Source of the DNA: a virus
Lineage: Duplodnaviria; Caudoviricetes
DNA: 40,543 nucleotides
Virus record (IMG/VR): IMGVR_UViG_3300012347_000612
Span: 1 to 40,543 of that record
Strand: one strand, 5' to 3'
Under the pieces are notes generated by a model. It did no database searches and had not been told where the DNA came from. It saw only the letters and a program-made list of their open reading frames with translations. Positions within the stretch are counted from its first letter, which is position 1, and every line of letters begins with the position of its first letter. Positions 19,340 to 29,095 of this stretch are shown piece after piece. The position numbers and the translations under genes were made by a program.

Positions 19340-20571
19340 TCCTTTCCGTTAGCTCCAACTCCAGCCCGACCATAGCGCAGGACGCGGTGGTCAAGACGGC
19401 GGCATCCGTCACCACCCCGGCATCTGCGGTGTATGATTCGGAGCGCCTGTCAGCGACCGGAGCGACGACGTGGAACGAGTTTGTCCTATCGCCGGATTCG
19501 CTGGATCAGGCAGTAACCTACGAGTCCGCCACGCCATCCGTTTGCACCGTAGCTGCCAACGGCGCAGTGACCCGAGTGGCATCCGGCATGGGCGTCGTAA
19601 TGGCCAGCAATAGCAGGCCATCGCGCCGCAAGGTCGTGCTGGACATGCGGGACGTTGGAGGACAAACGGCGGTCAAATTTTCCGAATACACCGCAGACTC
19701 ACTATCTGATCTGTGCGCCGCCGAAGTGCAAACACTGCTGGCGGCGGGCGGGGATACTAACTATTTCTCAACGATCAACCACGCCGCATCCACCTACACC
19801 CGCAATGCAGGATGCTGGTTGGCATCCATCAACCTCGCGGCGATCAGCGTGGCTAACCGGGACGTGGGGGGGGCATGGCAGCATCAACGCGCAGGCGTGG
19901 CCATCACCACGCGGCATGTCGTGTTTGCCGCCCACTACGCCCCGCCCGTTGGCGCGGAGCTGAGATTCGCCAACGCCTCCGGGACGGTTTACGCCCACAC
20001 CGTCCAAGCCTACCACGGCGCGGTATCGGCAGGCGAGGACGTGCTGTCGGATCTTAAAGTCGCCGTCATCACCCCCGCGCTCAACGCATCCATCACGCCG
20101 ATGAAGGTAGCCGGGCCATGGATCATGCAAGACATCACGCCATCCGGCACGGGTCACAGTTATTACATGGGCGGGCTGGCAGTGTGGCTGGACCAGACGA
20201 AAAACGGATACACGACCCACATTGGCAACGTGACAGCCACCGTGCAGTCGCCGTCGATGACGGGGACGTTTTCCGGAGTGGAATACACGGACATCATCAC
20301 CGAGGGATTCCGCGATTCCTCTCTCAGCTCCGCCTACCTCGACGACTATCAGGAGTTTGTGAAAATCCCGATCACCGGAGACAGCGGTAGCCCCGTGATG
20401 CTGGTCATCGGCGGCGAGCCCGTGCTTTTGTGGACGTGGTTTACCAGTCTCATGGGGACTCCGGTCTATGCCTCGACCGCGCTCCTCAGCGCCCGCATTG
20501 CCGCGGCAGGCACCGCCGCCGGAATCTCCACCGGATACACCGTCCAAGTCGCCCCAGACCCCACCCTCTAA
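19336..20571 (+). CDS. Ig-like domain plus trypsin-like serine protease
   Basis: VTYESATPSVCTVAANGAVT (Big_2-like); AITTRHVVFAAHY (His), DLKVA (Asp), GDSGSP (Ser). Confidence 0.8.
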   Translation: MILSVSSNSSPTIAQDAVVKTAASVTTPASAVYDSERLSATGATTWNEFVLSPDSLDQAVTYESATPSVCTVAANGAVTRVASGMGVVMASNSRPSRRKVVLDMRDVGGQTAVKFSEYTADSLSDLCAAEVQTLLAAGGDTNYFSTINHAASTYTRNAGCWLASINLAAISVANRDVGGAWQHQRAGVAITTRHVVFAAHYAPPVGAELRFANASGTVYAHTVQAYHGAVSAGEDVLSDLKVAVITPALNASITPMKVAGPWIMQDITPSGTGHSYYMGGLAVWLDQTKNGYTTHIGNVTATVQSPSMTGTFSGVEYTDIITEGFRDSSLSSAYLDDYQEFVKIPITGDSGSPVMLVIGGEPVLLWTWFTSLMGTPVYASTALLSARIAAAGTAAGISTGYTVQVAPDPTL

Positions 20572-20573
20572 CC

Positions 20574-22217
20574 ATGGCCCGCCCCACACACGCCTCAGAC
20601 CCGCCCGCCAGCGACTTTTACACCTCGCCATGGACCGACGACGTGACAGGCCAGCAATGGCTCTCCCAGCTCGTCGCGCCGGAGATCTACCGCTGGACGC
20701 CATACACCGCGCCTGCGACTGGTGGAGGCGACCTAACCTCCGGCCCGGTCACGTCCACAGGTGGAGTCTCTGCGATTGCTGACGGGGCGCTGAGCATCGC
20801 CAAGACAAGCGGGCTGAGTGATGCGCTTGCGGGCAAGCAGGCATCCGGGGACTACGCGACCAACACCGCGCTGACGAGCGGGCTGGCGGGCAAGGCACCT
20901 CTCGTATCGCCATCGTTCACGACCCCTGCTCTCGGGACTCCAACAAGCGGGAATCTGGCCAATTGCACATTTCCAACGTTTAACCAAACCACCACCGGGA
21001 GCGCGGCGACACTCACGACCCCAAGGACAATCAACGGCGTCAGTTTCGACGGAAGCGCGAACATTGGACAGGATTTGCAGCCCACGGCAGCGCCGACATG
21101 GGCAAACATCGGAGTGTTAGGAACGTCCAGCTACGAAGGGTCGATCAACTTCAAATGGCGGGACAGCAGCACTTATTCAGGGTTGCTGAAGGCATCAAAC
21201 TTTACCGCATTCCGTGGGTTATCACTGCCAGATAAAGACGGGACACTTGCGATCACGTCCGACATTACCTGGTCCGCAATCGGCGGGACCGGGACGGCGG
21301 CGAGTCCGACGTTTACGACGGTGACGGCGAGCGGGGCGGTGACGTGCGGAAGTGAAGGCGCTAGCAACACGCTGACAGTCGGTAATCAAACCGCAAACTC
21401 TTCCACGGCTAAAATCCGTATCAACGGAAAATCAGGCGGCGGAACCGCGCTGCATGGAGAGTGGGTGATGCGCTCCAATGCTTATTTTGCGCTGGATACC
21501 TACGGAGCAACCGATGCCGTCCGCGTGGACGCCAGCAATGGCAGGGTTGCATTCACTCGTGGCATAGAAGGCAATACTTTCCACAATGGATTTCTGACGA
21601 TTGGAACCGCCGCCCTCACCACGGAAGACGACGGGATGCTGGTGGTGAACAAGGGTTACACAACCGCCACCGGAAACCATCACGCAATCCGGGTAAAATC
21701 AACGGACTCAGTTCTCGCGACCGGAGCTGGTATTAATTTTTTCGACGCCCAAGCAATCGTGTCGTCAAATAACAACATCGACCACATCGCGGAATTTCAA
21801 GCGCGCAGCACCAAATCTGGAACAGGGACCATGAATGATTGGTTTGGATATTGGACTGCTCCGATATTCTCAGCCGGAACCACTACGCGAGCGGCCCATG
21901 TCCACATCGAGGACGCAACCGGCGCCGGTGCGCTCACCACTCAATACGGGATACGGATCAAGTCTCTCACAAGAGCAACAACCAACTATGGCCTAGTAAT
22001 CGAAGGTAACAATTCCTCGGCCATTGGTGGAACGACTCCGAACGCGAACGCGATCCTTGACCTTCAATCCACCACCAAGCCATTCATGCCGCCACGCATG
22101 ACAACCACTGAGCGGGACGCGGTTGCCAGCCCCACAGCAGGCATGATGATTTACAATTCCACGACTAACAAACTCAACGTCTATACGACCGCTTGGGAAG
22201 TCGTCACTTCGCTCTAA
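20574..22217 (+). CDS. Tail fibre protein
   Basis: ATLTTPRTINGVSFDGSANI fibre repeat; C-terminal LDLQSTTKPFMPPRMTT..RDA...AGMMIYNSTT motif. Confidence 0.82.
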   Translation: MARPTHASDPPASDFYTSPWTDDVTGQQWLSQLVAPEIYRWTPYTAPATGGGDLTSGPVTSTGGVSAIADGALSIAKTSGLSDALAGKQASGDYATNTALTSGLAGKAPLVSPSFTTPALGTPTSGNLANCTFPTFNQTTTGSAATLTTPRTINGVSFDGSANIGQDLQPTAAPTWANIGVLGTSSYEGSINFKWRDSSTYSGLLKASNFTAFRGLSLPDKDGTLAITSDITWSAIGGTGTAASPTFTTVTASGAVTCGSEGASNTLTVGNQTANSSTAKIRINGKSGGGTALHGEWVMRSNAYFALDTYGATDAVRVDASNGRVAFTRGIEGNTFHNGFLTIGTAALTTEDDGMLVVNKGYTTATGNHHAIRVKSTDSVLATGAGINFFDAQAIVSSNNNIDHIAEFQARSTKSGTGTMNDWFGYWTAPIFSAGTTTRAAHVHIEDATGAGALTTQYGIRIKSLTRATTNYGLVIEGNNSSAIGGTTPNANAILDLQSTTKPFMPPRMTTTERDAVASPTAGMMIYNSTTNKLNVYTTAWEVVTSL

Positions 22218-22573
22218 TGAATACCATCCGCCACATCGCCATGATCCTCTACTGCCTCGCCTACATGGCGCTGGCAGGGCAGGCGACGGTGCGATGGAAT
22301 CCGAACCCGGAAACGGGCGTCACTTACCAACTGTATCGGGATGGGATCATCCTCGTGGAAACCACCGCCACCGAGGCCACCATCGAAGCCCAAGCGGGCG
22401 ACATCCTCGTGCTCAAAGCCACCAAGGACGGGCTGCAATCCGGCGAGTCCAACCGCATCCAGATCGTGGAGGTGCAGGTATCGCTCGACCTCAAATCATG
22501 GGGGACGAGCGGCTACTATTTCATTCCGGCGGATGCTCCCAACCTTTTCACCCGACTCAAACTGACACCCTGA
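22217..22573 (+). CDS. Secreted FN3-like small protein
   Basis: Hydrophobic N-terminus, then VRWNPNPE..VTYQLY...GLQSGESN. Confidence 0.55.
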   Translation: MNTIRHIAMILYCLAYMALAGQATVRWNPNPETGVTYQLYRDGIILVETTATEATIEAQAGDILVLKATKDGLQSGESNRIQIVEVQVSLDLKSWGTSGYYFIPADAPNLFTRLKLTP

Positions 22574-22577
22574 TACC

Positions 22578-22961
22578 ATGATCGAAATCCTTGAACACTT
22601 CCTGCTCGCCCTAACTGATGCGCAATTCGACAAGATCCTCGTGATGCTGAGCGAAGGATTTTCCACAATCACGGAAGGCGTCAAAGTCATCTGGACGATG
22701 GCCAGCCCGCTCTTGATCGGACTCGTCGCGCTCCAGCTCGCACGCTACCAGCAAGCCGCGAAGGAAGCGCGTAAAACCATCGTTGAAAAGATCGAGTCGG
22801 AATCCAAAACATCTCAGGCGGATAGAACCAAGATCCTCGAAGACCTCGAAGTGAACACGAAGATTTCCGCCGATGCGTTCGTGGCCGCCAATTCCCATAA
22901 CGAGAAAATCGCGGCAGTCGTGGAACTCGTCAACAAGCCAAAGGTTCCACCGATGCCATGA
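22578..22961 (+). CDS. Putative holin-like membrane protein
   Basis: One hydrophobic segment followed by coiled coil; upstream of the lysin. Confidence 0.45.
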   Translation: MIEILEHFLLALTDAQFDKILVMLSEGFSTITEGVKVIWTMASPLLIGLVALQLARYQQAAKEARKTIVEKIESESKTSQADRTKILEDLEVNTKISADAFVAANSHNEKIAAVVELVNKPKVPPMP

Positions 22962-23470
22962 CCATCCACGCGCCAGCATTCCGAGAGGGAACCGACTACC
23001 GCCGCATGGCAGTCGCGGAGTCTGGCGGCGTGTATCGGTTCAAGCTCCTGAAGTGTGCGGTGTTCACCTTTTCCGATGCCGTCATTCCCATACCGCAGCG
23101 GCTCTCATTTTGCACTCGCGGGACGGAATGGATGAGACTGGAACCACACCGGATGATCATTTCGAGGGGCTACGCGTGGAATGGGAACTCGCCCAAGAAG
23201 GGAGTCCGAATCATTGGCCGTGATTGTTGGTTTGGCACCGCAGACTTCGCTCCCGGCACTCTGGCAGCATCCCTCGCCCATGACGCTATCTTCCAATACT
23301 CCGGACTCTACCGGATGCCGTTCGATCTTGATACGGCAAATGATTTTTACGAACAGATCTGCCGCGCCAATAGGTTTATGCTCGCCGGGATCTATCGGGA
23401 CGCGCTCGATGAGTTTTCGCACAGCCATTGGGGAAACACAGACCGCAACTCCACCTGCCATGAAATCTGA
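22958..23470 (+). CDS. DUF1353-like phage protein
   Basis: GYAWNGNS...ASLAHDAIFQY...ANDFY motifs. Confidence 0.65.
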   Translation: MTIHAPAFREGTDYRRMAVAESGGVYRFKLLKCAVFTFSDAVIPIPQRLSFCTRGTEWMRLEPHRMIISRGYAWNGNSPKKGVRIIGRDCWFGTADFAPGTLAASLAHDAIFQYSGLYRMPFDLDTANDFYEQICRANRFMLAGIYRDALDEFSHSHWGNTDRNSTCHEI

Positions 23471-23606
23471 CACCGCATTCCCCGGACTCGTCGCGCTGCT
23501 TTTTCTGGCCGCGCTCATCATGCTCATTCTGTTTTGCGCGGGGTGTGCGGAGATGCCTCTGTCCGTTTCATTCGCCGTGGAAATTCCAGTCGAGATCCAA
23601 AAGTAA
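23460..23606 (+). CDS. Small putative lipoprotein (lysis cassette)
   Basis: Hydrophobic stretch plus lipobox-like CAGC. Confidence 0.45.
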   Translation: MKSDTAFPGLVALLFLAALIMLILFCAGCAEMPLSVSFAVEIPVEIQK

Positions 23607-23610
23607 CACC

Positions 23611-23802
23611 ATGAAAACCATCAAATTTGTCGTCCTCATCGCGTGGGGTTTCTTCGTCGCCACCTTTCTCTCCTGCGCTCCGAAAGCCTACCCGCCGGAT
23701 GTGCCGAATCCGCTGGACGAACCCGGATACCGTCAACCTACCGCCGCAGAGTTGCACCTGAAAAACCTGCGCATCATCACCAACGACCCTGCTAGACAAT
23801 GA
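23611..23802 (+). CDS. Pro-rich putative lipoprotein (o-spanin-like)
   Basis: Signal peptide, FLSC lipobox, Pro-rich mature part. Confidence 0.5.
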   Translation: MKTIKFVVLIAWGFFVATFLSCAPKAYPPDVPNPLDEPGYRQPTAAELHLKNLRIITNDPARQ

Positions 23803-24428
23803 GCCTCTACCTACCACCACCGCCAAAAGTCAAACGCGAACTCGTCGTCAAGCTGGCCGAAGCCGAATGGCGCGAACAGCACGGAGACGATCCGATGCCC
23901 TCCGTCTATCTCTACATGGTCCGTGGCTACCGCTCCTCCACCATGGGTGGATCCGGCAACGACGTTGGCATCTGGGATGATATGATGGCCCTCGTCACAC
24001 CGCATTCGTTCCATGCCATCAACGCCAACCTCGACCCGTCCCGTCTCGGATGGAACCCCGGCGTTGGCAAACCATTCGGCATCCTGCAACCGGGATGGTG
24101 GATGTGGTATGCTGGGGCGCACAAGGGCAAGCGCCCCGCATTCCGGCAGGCCGACGATGCAGAGACGGGACGCAAGCTCGGATTCCCGCATGACGGCAAG
24201 TTCTTTGTGGAGCGATGCTGGGGCAAAGGCGACAAGCGCAACTACCACGAGTGGGGCCACCAACAGGTGAACATCCACCTTGGTGGCGAGAATACCACGT
24301 CCTCGTGGCTGTGCCTCACTGTCCCGCCGGAAGGTGGTAAGGAGTTCCTGCAACGGGCTACGGATTCGCTCAAGGCCTACAAGCAGCCCTACCTGCATGG
24401 CTGTGTGGTTGACGGGCCGATCAATTAA
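23799..24428 (+). CDS. Putative endolysin (YkuD/L,D-peptidase-like His...Cys motif)
   Basis: VRGYR...NDVGIWDD N-terminal part; NIHLGGENTTSSWLC catalytic-like motif; position. Confidence 0.6.
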   Translation: MSLYLPPPPKVKRELVVKLAEAEWREQHGDDPMPSVYLYMVRGYRSSTMGGSGNDVGIWDDMMALVTPHSFHAINANLDPSRLGWNPGVGKPFGILQPGWWMWYAGAHKGKRPAFRQADDAETGRKLGFPHDGKFFVERCWGKGDKRNYHEWGHQQVNIHLGGENTTSSWLCLTVPPEGGKEFLQRATDSLKAYKQPYLHGCVVDGPIN

Positions 24429-24434
24429 AGCTAC

Positions 24435-24638
24435 ATGCCCCCACGCCGTCCACCGCCGGATCCAGCCCAAGTCCGCCAGGCCCAGCGCATCCTCCGCCTC
24501 CCTCAGACCGGCATCCTCTGCCGCGCCACCATCATCGCCGCCGCCAAGCTCACCAAGTCATGGCACCGCGGCCCCAGCCTTGTCGGACAAGTCCTCGAAC
24601 ATCGAACATCGAACGCCCAACATCGAACATCGAAGTAA
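24435..24638 (+). CDS. Small hypothetical protein ending in a repeat element
   Basis: 67 aa; C-terminus derived from the heptamer array. Confidence 0.4.
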   Translation: MPPRRPPPDPAQVRQAQRILRLPQTGILCRATIIAAAKLTKSWHRGPSLVGQVLEHRTSNAQHRTSK

Positions 24639-24718
24639 TATGCCTTCGCGCTTCTTCATTTTCTTCCTCTTCCTCTTCACTTCGACGTTCGATGTTCGAT
24701 GTTCGATGTTCGACGTTC
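24595..24718. repeat. TCGAAC heptamer inverted-repeat element at the lysis/integrase convergence
   Basis: Full copy; contains the stop codons of both converging ORFs. Confidence 0.9.
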
Positions 24719-25891
24719 CAGAAGTGCAAACCACTTCCGCCCTTCCCCGGGAGGCAACGGCCGCCGATAAGTCGAGCGAATGATCCCCGGCGAGTTCCCC
24801 GCCTCCTCCGCCACCTGGTCCATCGAGCCTGCCACCTGGAGCCGATAGGTGATGCCCGAGTGGCGCAGCACATTCGGCGGCCAAGTCAGCCCCGCCGCGC
24901 GCGCCAGCCCGGAAACCACCCCCTGCGCCGTGGACCGACAAATCCGTTTCGACTTCACCATCCGCCAATCCTCCTCCCGCGCCTGCGCCTCCCGCAACAT
25001 CCGCACCATCGCCGCCGGGATCGGCACCCAGCGCTCCCTGGACGTCTTCCCCGCCACCGCAGCCGTCACATGCAGCAGCCGCTGCTCCCACAGCACATCC
25101 GCCCATTTCAGCCGCCCACATTCCGATGGACGCAATCCCATCCATCCTCCCAGCAGTAGGAATGCCAAATGCTCCGGAGCCCCCTTCCTTACCGCCGTCA
25201 AGAGCACCTTCCCCTCCGCCGGCGAGAACACCACCGGCGCCTTGTCCGCCAGCCGTGGCCGCTTCATCGCCCGCGTCGGCAACGACCGCGCCTCCGGCCA
25301 CAGCCCCAGCACTTGGCACCGCCGGAAAAACGTCGTCCACCGCGCCATCCTGTTTCGCAGCGAACGCGCCGCCAGCCCCGGCAGCGAAATATGCTTCACC
25401 AGCTTTTCGTAAGTCATCTCGAGCAACGGAAAATCCGGATGCACCCGCCGCCAAGTCCGCAGCTCCTGGTGCAGATCCACCTTGTTCCGGCCATGCACCT
25501 CCAGCAGCACCATCTCCGCCGCCTCGTCCAGCGTCACATTCCGCACCGCCGGCGGCCCGTGCTTCATGAAAAACTTCGCCGCCTCCTCGATCCGCTCCAC
25601 ATCCCCCAGACACTCCGCCGCCCGCTCCACCGCCGCCAGCAGCCGCCCCGTGTCCGGATGCAGCCGCTCCAGCCACGCCAACCGCTCCATCCGCAGAGGC
25701 GTCACCCACTCTTTCCCCGTGGCCTGCTGCATTTCCCGGACTTTGCGCTTGGCGTAATCCCGCGCTTTTTCCACCGTCGCCCGAGTTGTCCGCATCACCT
25801 TCCCGTCCTCATGCCACTTCAGCGCACAGCACCCATTCGCCCGCGGATACAACCGAATCTCCGCGCCGCCATATTTCACGATTTCCACCAT
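24677..25891 (-). CDS. int: Prophage integrase (tyrosine recombinase)
   Basis: GLRPSE (R), AGKT (K), LRHS, AGNS...STY (Y); adjacent to attP. Confidence 0.92.
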   Translation of the reverse strand: MVEIVKYGGAEIRLYPRANGCCALKWHEDGKVMRTTRATVEKARDYAKRKVREMQQATGKEWVTPLRMERLAWLERLHPDTGRLLAAVERAAECLGDVERIEEAAKFFMKHGPPAVRNVTLDEAAEMVLLEVHGRNKVDLHQELRTWRRVHPDFPLLEMTYEKLVKHISLPGLAARSLRNRMARWTTFFRRCQVLGLWPEARSLPTRAMKRPRLADKAPVVFSPAEGKVLLTAVRKGAPEHLAFLLLGGWMGLRPSECGRLKWADVLWEQRLLHVTAAVAGKTSRERWVPIPAAMVRMLREAQAREEDWRMVKSKRICRSTAQGVVSGLARAAGLTWPPNVLRHSGITYRLQVAGSMDQVAEEAGNSPGIIRSTYRRPLPPGEGRKWFALLERRTSNIEHRTSK

Positions 25892-25910
25892 TCCCCGGAT
25901 AAAGCATTTT

Positions 25911-26090
25911 TTTACACCGCTTTACACCCAAAAAATCACAAATTTACAGGAAAACCGCTTTTTCCGCATTCATAACCCATTGATTTCCCGTCGCAGCAAA
26001 GGTAGTTTTCGGGTTCGAGTCCCACAGCCGCTATCTCGATTTACAACGACTTACGAAGGCAGTTAGGATTTTACACCCGATTTACACCCG
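25911..26090 (+). other. attP: tRNA 3'-end core (26011-26033), arm-type repeats and an IHF-like site
   Basis: gggttcgagtcccacagccgcta reads as T-arm plus acceptor strand; TTTACACC at 25911, 25921, 26070 and 26081; taacccattgatt (~25973) is the reverse complement of WATCAANNNNTTR. Confidence 0.8.
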
Positions 26091-26111
26091 ATTTTGAAAA
26101 GGGATGGCATG

Positions 26112-26144
26112 AAAAAACCCGCGCTCCGGGGTGGAGGCGGGTTT
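26112..26144 (-). terminator. Rho-independent terminator after the antirepressor
   Basis: aaaaaacccgcgctcc...ggaggcgggttt stem with an A-run on the + strand. Confidence 0.65.
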
Positions 26145-26169
26145 GGGGAGTGCGGCGTTTTGCCGGCGT

Positions 26170-26910
26170 TCAGGTGGGCTCGGCGCTGGCGAAGGCGGCG
26201 ATGGGGGGAAGCTGGTAGGAGATTTCCCGGCCGGGGATGCGGATGGCGCGGCCGGTGGAAATGGCGCGCTGCATGATCTTGCCCACGGTGGCGCGCTTGG
26301 AGGGATCGGTGCCTTTGCGGAGCTTGTGGCGCGGGGGCATGGCGTCGGCGAGCTGGAGGGCGGTGTAGGCGCTGTCTGGCTGCATGACGTCGAGTAGCTC
26401 CTGGACCTCCACATCGGTGATGGTGGGGTGGTAGCCAGTGGAGGAGCGAATCGGGATGGCGTGGAGCGGTGCTTGGGGCTGGCAGAGCTTCATGGCTCCC
26501 TTGGCGGCCATGTCCGGGGAGACGCCCATGCGGATCTGATCGGCAATGAGCCCGAGATAGGCCTGGTGCCCGGTATTGTAGCTGCCAGTGCGCCGGATCT
26601 GCGGGAGGACTTCGGAAGTAACCCAGCGGGTGAATTCCCGGGCAATGGGCTTGCGGCTCTGGAAAATGACGGCATAGAGTCCCGATTCGTTACAGAGGTT
26701 CATCGTCTGTTCGCGGCCCATGTTGTCGATGACCTTACTACTAGTAAGGTCATCCTGATAGATCCGTTCACAGACTCGGGTCGGGTTGCCCATCTCAAAA
26801 ACTTTGCACAGATCGGCGATAACGAACCAAGGGCCGTCTGAGCGCATTTCGGTGCGGATGAGGTTTTCTCCGAAGAGGAATGGAATCATGGTGGTGGTGT
26901 CGGTATTCAT
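26170..26910 (-). CDS. BRO-N domain antirepressor
   Basis: PWFVIADLCKVF, NESGLYAVIFQSRKPIAREFTRWVTSEVLPQIRRTGSY. Confidence 0.9.
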   Translation of the reverse strand: MNTDTTTMIPFLFGENLIRTEMRSDGPWFVIADLCKVFEMGNPTRVCERIYQDDLTSSKVIDNMGREQTMNLCNESGLYAVIFQSRKPIAREFTRWVTSEVLPQIRRTGSYNTGHQAYLGLIADQIRMGVSPDMAAKGAMKLCQPQAPLHAIPIRSSTGYHPTITDVEVQELLDVMQPDSAYTALQLADAMPPRHKLRKGTDPSKRATVGKIMQRAISTGRAIRIPGREISYQLPPIAAFASAEPT

Positions 26911-26953
26911 TTTGTTTGGTTGCTAGGATTCAGTTTTTGTGAAAGATGGGGGG

Positions 26954-27325
26954 ATGGAAGACTTGTCGGATTTCTGGTTTTTGTGCTTTCTGGGTTACGT
27001 GGTGAATGTGGCAGCAGCGTGGGCGGTGGGTAGTTCCAGGGGCAGGGGGGAGGCCGGTTTGCTCTGTGGCTTGGTCTTGCCAGGCATCGGGATGGTCGTG
27101 GCGTTGTTTTTACCGAAAGAGGGGCTGGCACTGGAGGAGCGGAAACCTGGCGCGCCTGTTAAGCGAGCGCGGGCGGAATACAAGAAGCCGGACCCAATCG
27201 AGGAATTTGAAGCGCGGGAGCAGGCAAGACGGGCGTTTGAGGAAGGGCCGGTGCATTTGCGCGGAAAGGTGCGGGAGCCGGTGGTGGTGCCTTTGCGGCG
27301 GGCGAAGATGAAGGAAGATGAGTGA
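26954..27325 (+). CDS. Membrane protein (two TM segments) in the immunity region
   Basis: Two hydrophobic segments around GSSRGRG; possible superinfection-exclusion role is inference only. Confidence 0.6.
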   Translation: MEDLSDFWFLCFLGYVVNVAAAWAVGSSRGRGEAGLLCGLVLPGIGMVVALFLPKEGLALEERKPGAPVKRARAEYKKPDPIEEFEAREQARRAFEEGPVHLRGKVREPVVVPLRRAKMKEDE

Positions 27326-27418
27326 TTTACTACGAGATCCATGGCGCATGGCGGGAGTGGCAGTAGATGCACTTGTGGAAGGGCTGGATGATAAGCGGCA
27401 GCTCGGGGGCTGGTGGGA

Positions 27419-27877
27419 TTACCGCAGGGGCTTTGACCTTCCGGAGGGATAGGTGCCGCTGCCGCGAGATGGCTTGTTCTCGCCGTCTCCATGATCTGCG
27501 GCGTAGGGGGGGAGAAGCTGGAGTTCGCGGCTGCGTGCCCATTCCTCGGCGGCGGCATTGAGGTGGTCCACGGCCCATGCGGAGGTGGTGGGGGCATCGC
27601 TGGCTTTGGCGGCGGCGTCCCAGAGAGCGTGCTTTTCCGGATCGACAAGGAGGGTGATGCGGTCTGGTAGATTTTCGGTAGGGGAAGCGGCTTCCGCGGC
27701 TCTTGCCCGGGCAATGGCATCCATGAAGGCGGTGAACATGCGCTTGGAGAGTTTCTTGCCCTCGGGGGCTAGGCAGTCCCGGACGGAGTAGTACGAGTAG
27801 CCGGATGCGTCGGCTAACCATTTGCGGTCTTTTTCGGCGGCGATGAGGGCCGCTTCGATTTGTTTTTTTGTGTCCAC
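27419..27877 (-). CDS. Putative phage repressor
   Basis: HTH-like DRKWLADASGYSYYSVRDCL; divergent from the early operon across three operator-like palindromes; GTG start at 27877. Confidence 0.65.
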   Translation of the reverse strand: MDTKKQIEAALIAAEKDRKWLADASGYSYYSVRDCLAPEGKKLSKRMFTAFMDAIARARAAEAASPTENLPDRITLLVDPEKHALWDAAAKASDAPTTSAWAVDHLNAAAEEWARSRELQLLPPYAADHGDGENKPSRGSGTYPSGRSKPLR

Positions 27878-27904
27878 AGGGGGATTTATACCACGGAAAG
27901 GGGC

Positions 27905-27977
27905 TAAAGAAAGAAAATTTCTGTTAAAACAGAAAAATGCTGTTGACGAGACAGCAGAAGTCTGTTTTTGTTCCGGC
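27905..27977. promoter_or_regulatory. Immunity switch: three ACAG-N7-CTGT operators and a rightward promoter
   Basis: Operators at 27910-27924 (one mismatch), 27929-27943 and 27951-27965; TTGACG at 27943, 29 nt before ATG 27978. Confidence 0.75.
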
Positions 27978-28169
27978 ATGCAAACGCAAGACGATGCCGA
28001 GCCCGCTCCGAGATCACTGCCGGAAATCCCGCTCGATGAGCTTTCCGCTACGACGAAGGATTACCTGCTGGCCCATGCGGTGGCGGGGACCTCGCCGGCG
28101 GAGTTGATCATCGGGGTGCTGGACAAGGCGGCGGCGAAGGCGGGCTTTGAACCGGACAAGGCGGCCTAG
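27978..28169 (+). CDS. Small early regulator (Cro position)
   Basis: 63 aa; first gene of the rightward operon; ends in DKAA. Confidence 0.6.
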   Translation: MQTQDDAEPAPRSLPEIPLDELSATTKDYLLAHAVAGTSPAELIIGVLDKAAAKAGFEPDKAA

Positions 28170-28204
28170 CAAAACCCCCAACGACAATTTCACCCGGACA
28201 AACA

Positions 28205-28642
28205 ATGAAACAGGAAAGTGTGTGTGCGATGAAAACGAGTCCAACGAGGAATGAAACGGCTCTTCCGGACAGAAGAGGGACGGCGGGGGGTGCCACGGCT
28301 GCGGTGGGTGCCGCGGCGGATTCTGAGGGTGCCCCCCGCCAACTCGCGGCGAACGTCGAACATCGAACATCGAACGTCGAACATCGAAGGGAAGAGAAGT
28401 TGGAGAAGGCTCTGGTGCGGCGTGCTGCGCGGGTGCGGATGGAACGGGCGGGGGTGCGGCTTTCGGTGCAGGATGGACTGCGGGTGGGCCGGCGGTGGAT
28501 GGCGCTGATGGATGCGGCGGTGAGAACGACCGGGCAGGATTTCGTTTCGGCCATGGCCTCGGGGCCGGTGATCTTTTTGGGAACATCGAACGTCGAACAT
28601 CGGACATCGAACGTCGAAGGAAGAGAAAGGAGCGCGGCATGA
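28205..28642 (+). CDS. Hypothetical protein containing two in-frame heptamer-repeat insertions
   Basis: NVEHRTSNVEHR segments at 28351 and 28581. Confidence 0.5.
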   Translation: MKQESVCAMKTSPTRNETALPDRRGTAGGATAAVGAAADSEGAPRQLAANVEHRTSNVEHRREEKLEKALVRRAARVRMERAGVRLSVQDGLRVGRRWMALMDAAVRTTGQDFVSAMASGPVIFLGTSNVEHRTSNVEGRERSAA

Positions 28643-28884
28643 GCCGGATGGTGAAGCGGGCGGAGGTGGCGCGGTTCCTGGGGAAGGACGCGAGCGAGAT
28701 CGACCGGATGATCGAACAGGACGGGATGCCGCACATGAGCCTGCCAGGGCCGACGAAGCCGAGCGTGAGGTTTTTCCTGCCGGACCTGCACGGCTGGCTG
28801 GTGAAGTTCAACCGGGGATGCGCGGGTTTTGCCCGGCTGGAGGAGTTCGAGCGGGCGTTCTGCGAGGCGCAGAAGAAGAGCTGA
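28639..28884 (+). CDS. Excisionase-like HTH protein
   Basis: KRAEVARFLGKDASEIDRMIEQDGMP...VRF..DLHGWL winged-HTH pattern. Confidence 0.7.
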   Translation: MSRMVKRAEVARFLGKDASEIDRMIEQDGMPHMSLPGPTKPSVRFFLPDLHGWLVKFNRGCAGFARLEEFERAFCEAQKKS

Positions 28885-28924
28885 GTGATTGAAGAAGATT
28901 CTACCTAACCAAAATAACAAAAAC

Positions 28925-29095
28925 ATGCAACACGATCCGATGATTTACATACTGGCGGCAGGGTGCCTTGGGGCGACTTTGGGATTCATGACTTGCGCGG
29001 TGCTCTCCAGCAGCCGGATCCGACGGGCGAATATGGAGGGGTATCTGGAGGCGGTCCGGTTCCAGAAGAGCATGGAGAAGGAGGTGGGGCTGTGA
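28925..29095 (+). CDS. Small single-TM hypothetical protein
   Basis: Hydrophobic N-terminal helix. Confidence 0.55.
   Translation: MQHDPMIYILAAGCLGATLGFMTCAVLSSSRIRRANMEGYLEAVRFQKSMEKEVGL

Noticed and set aside
18098-22217. Invertible tail-fibre (shufflon) system driven by the second recombinase
   Set aside because: No inverted fibre segments or flanking inverted crossover sites seen; the recombinase is IntI-like with its own sites.
22562-22570. ctgacaccc as another late motif
   Set aside because: Lacks the TTT prefix, lies within a coding end, and is only 10 nt from the ATG.
26011-26033. Complete tRNA gene
   Set aside because: Only the T-arm and 3' acceptor strand are present; it is better explained as the attP core.
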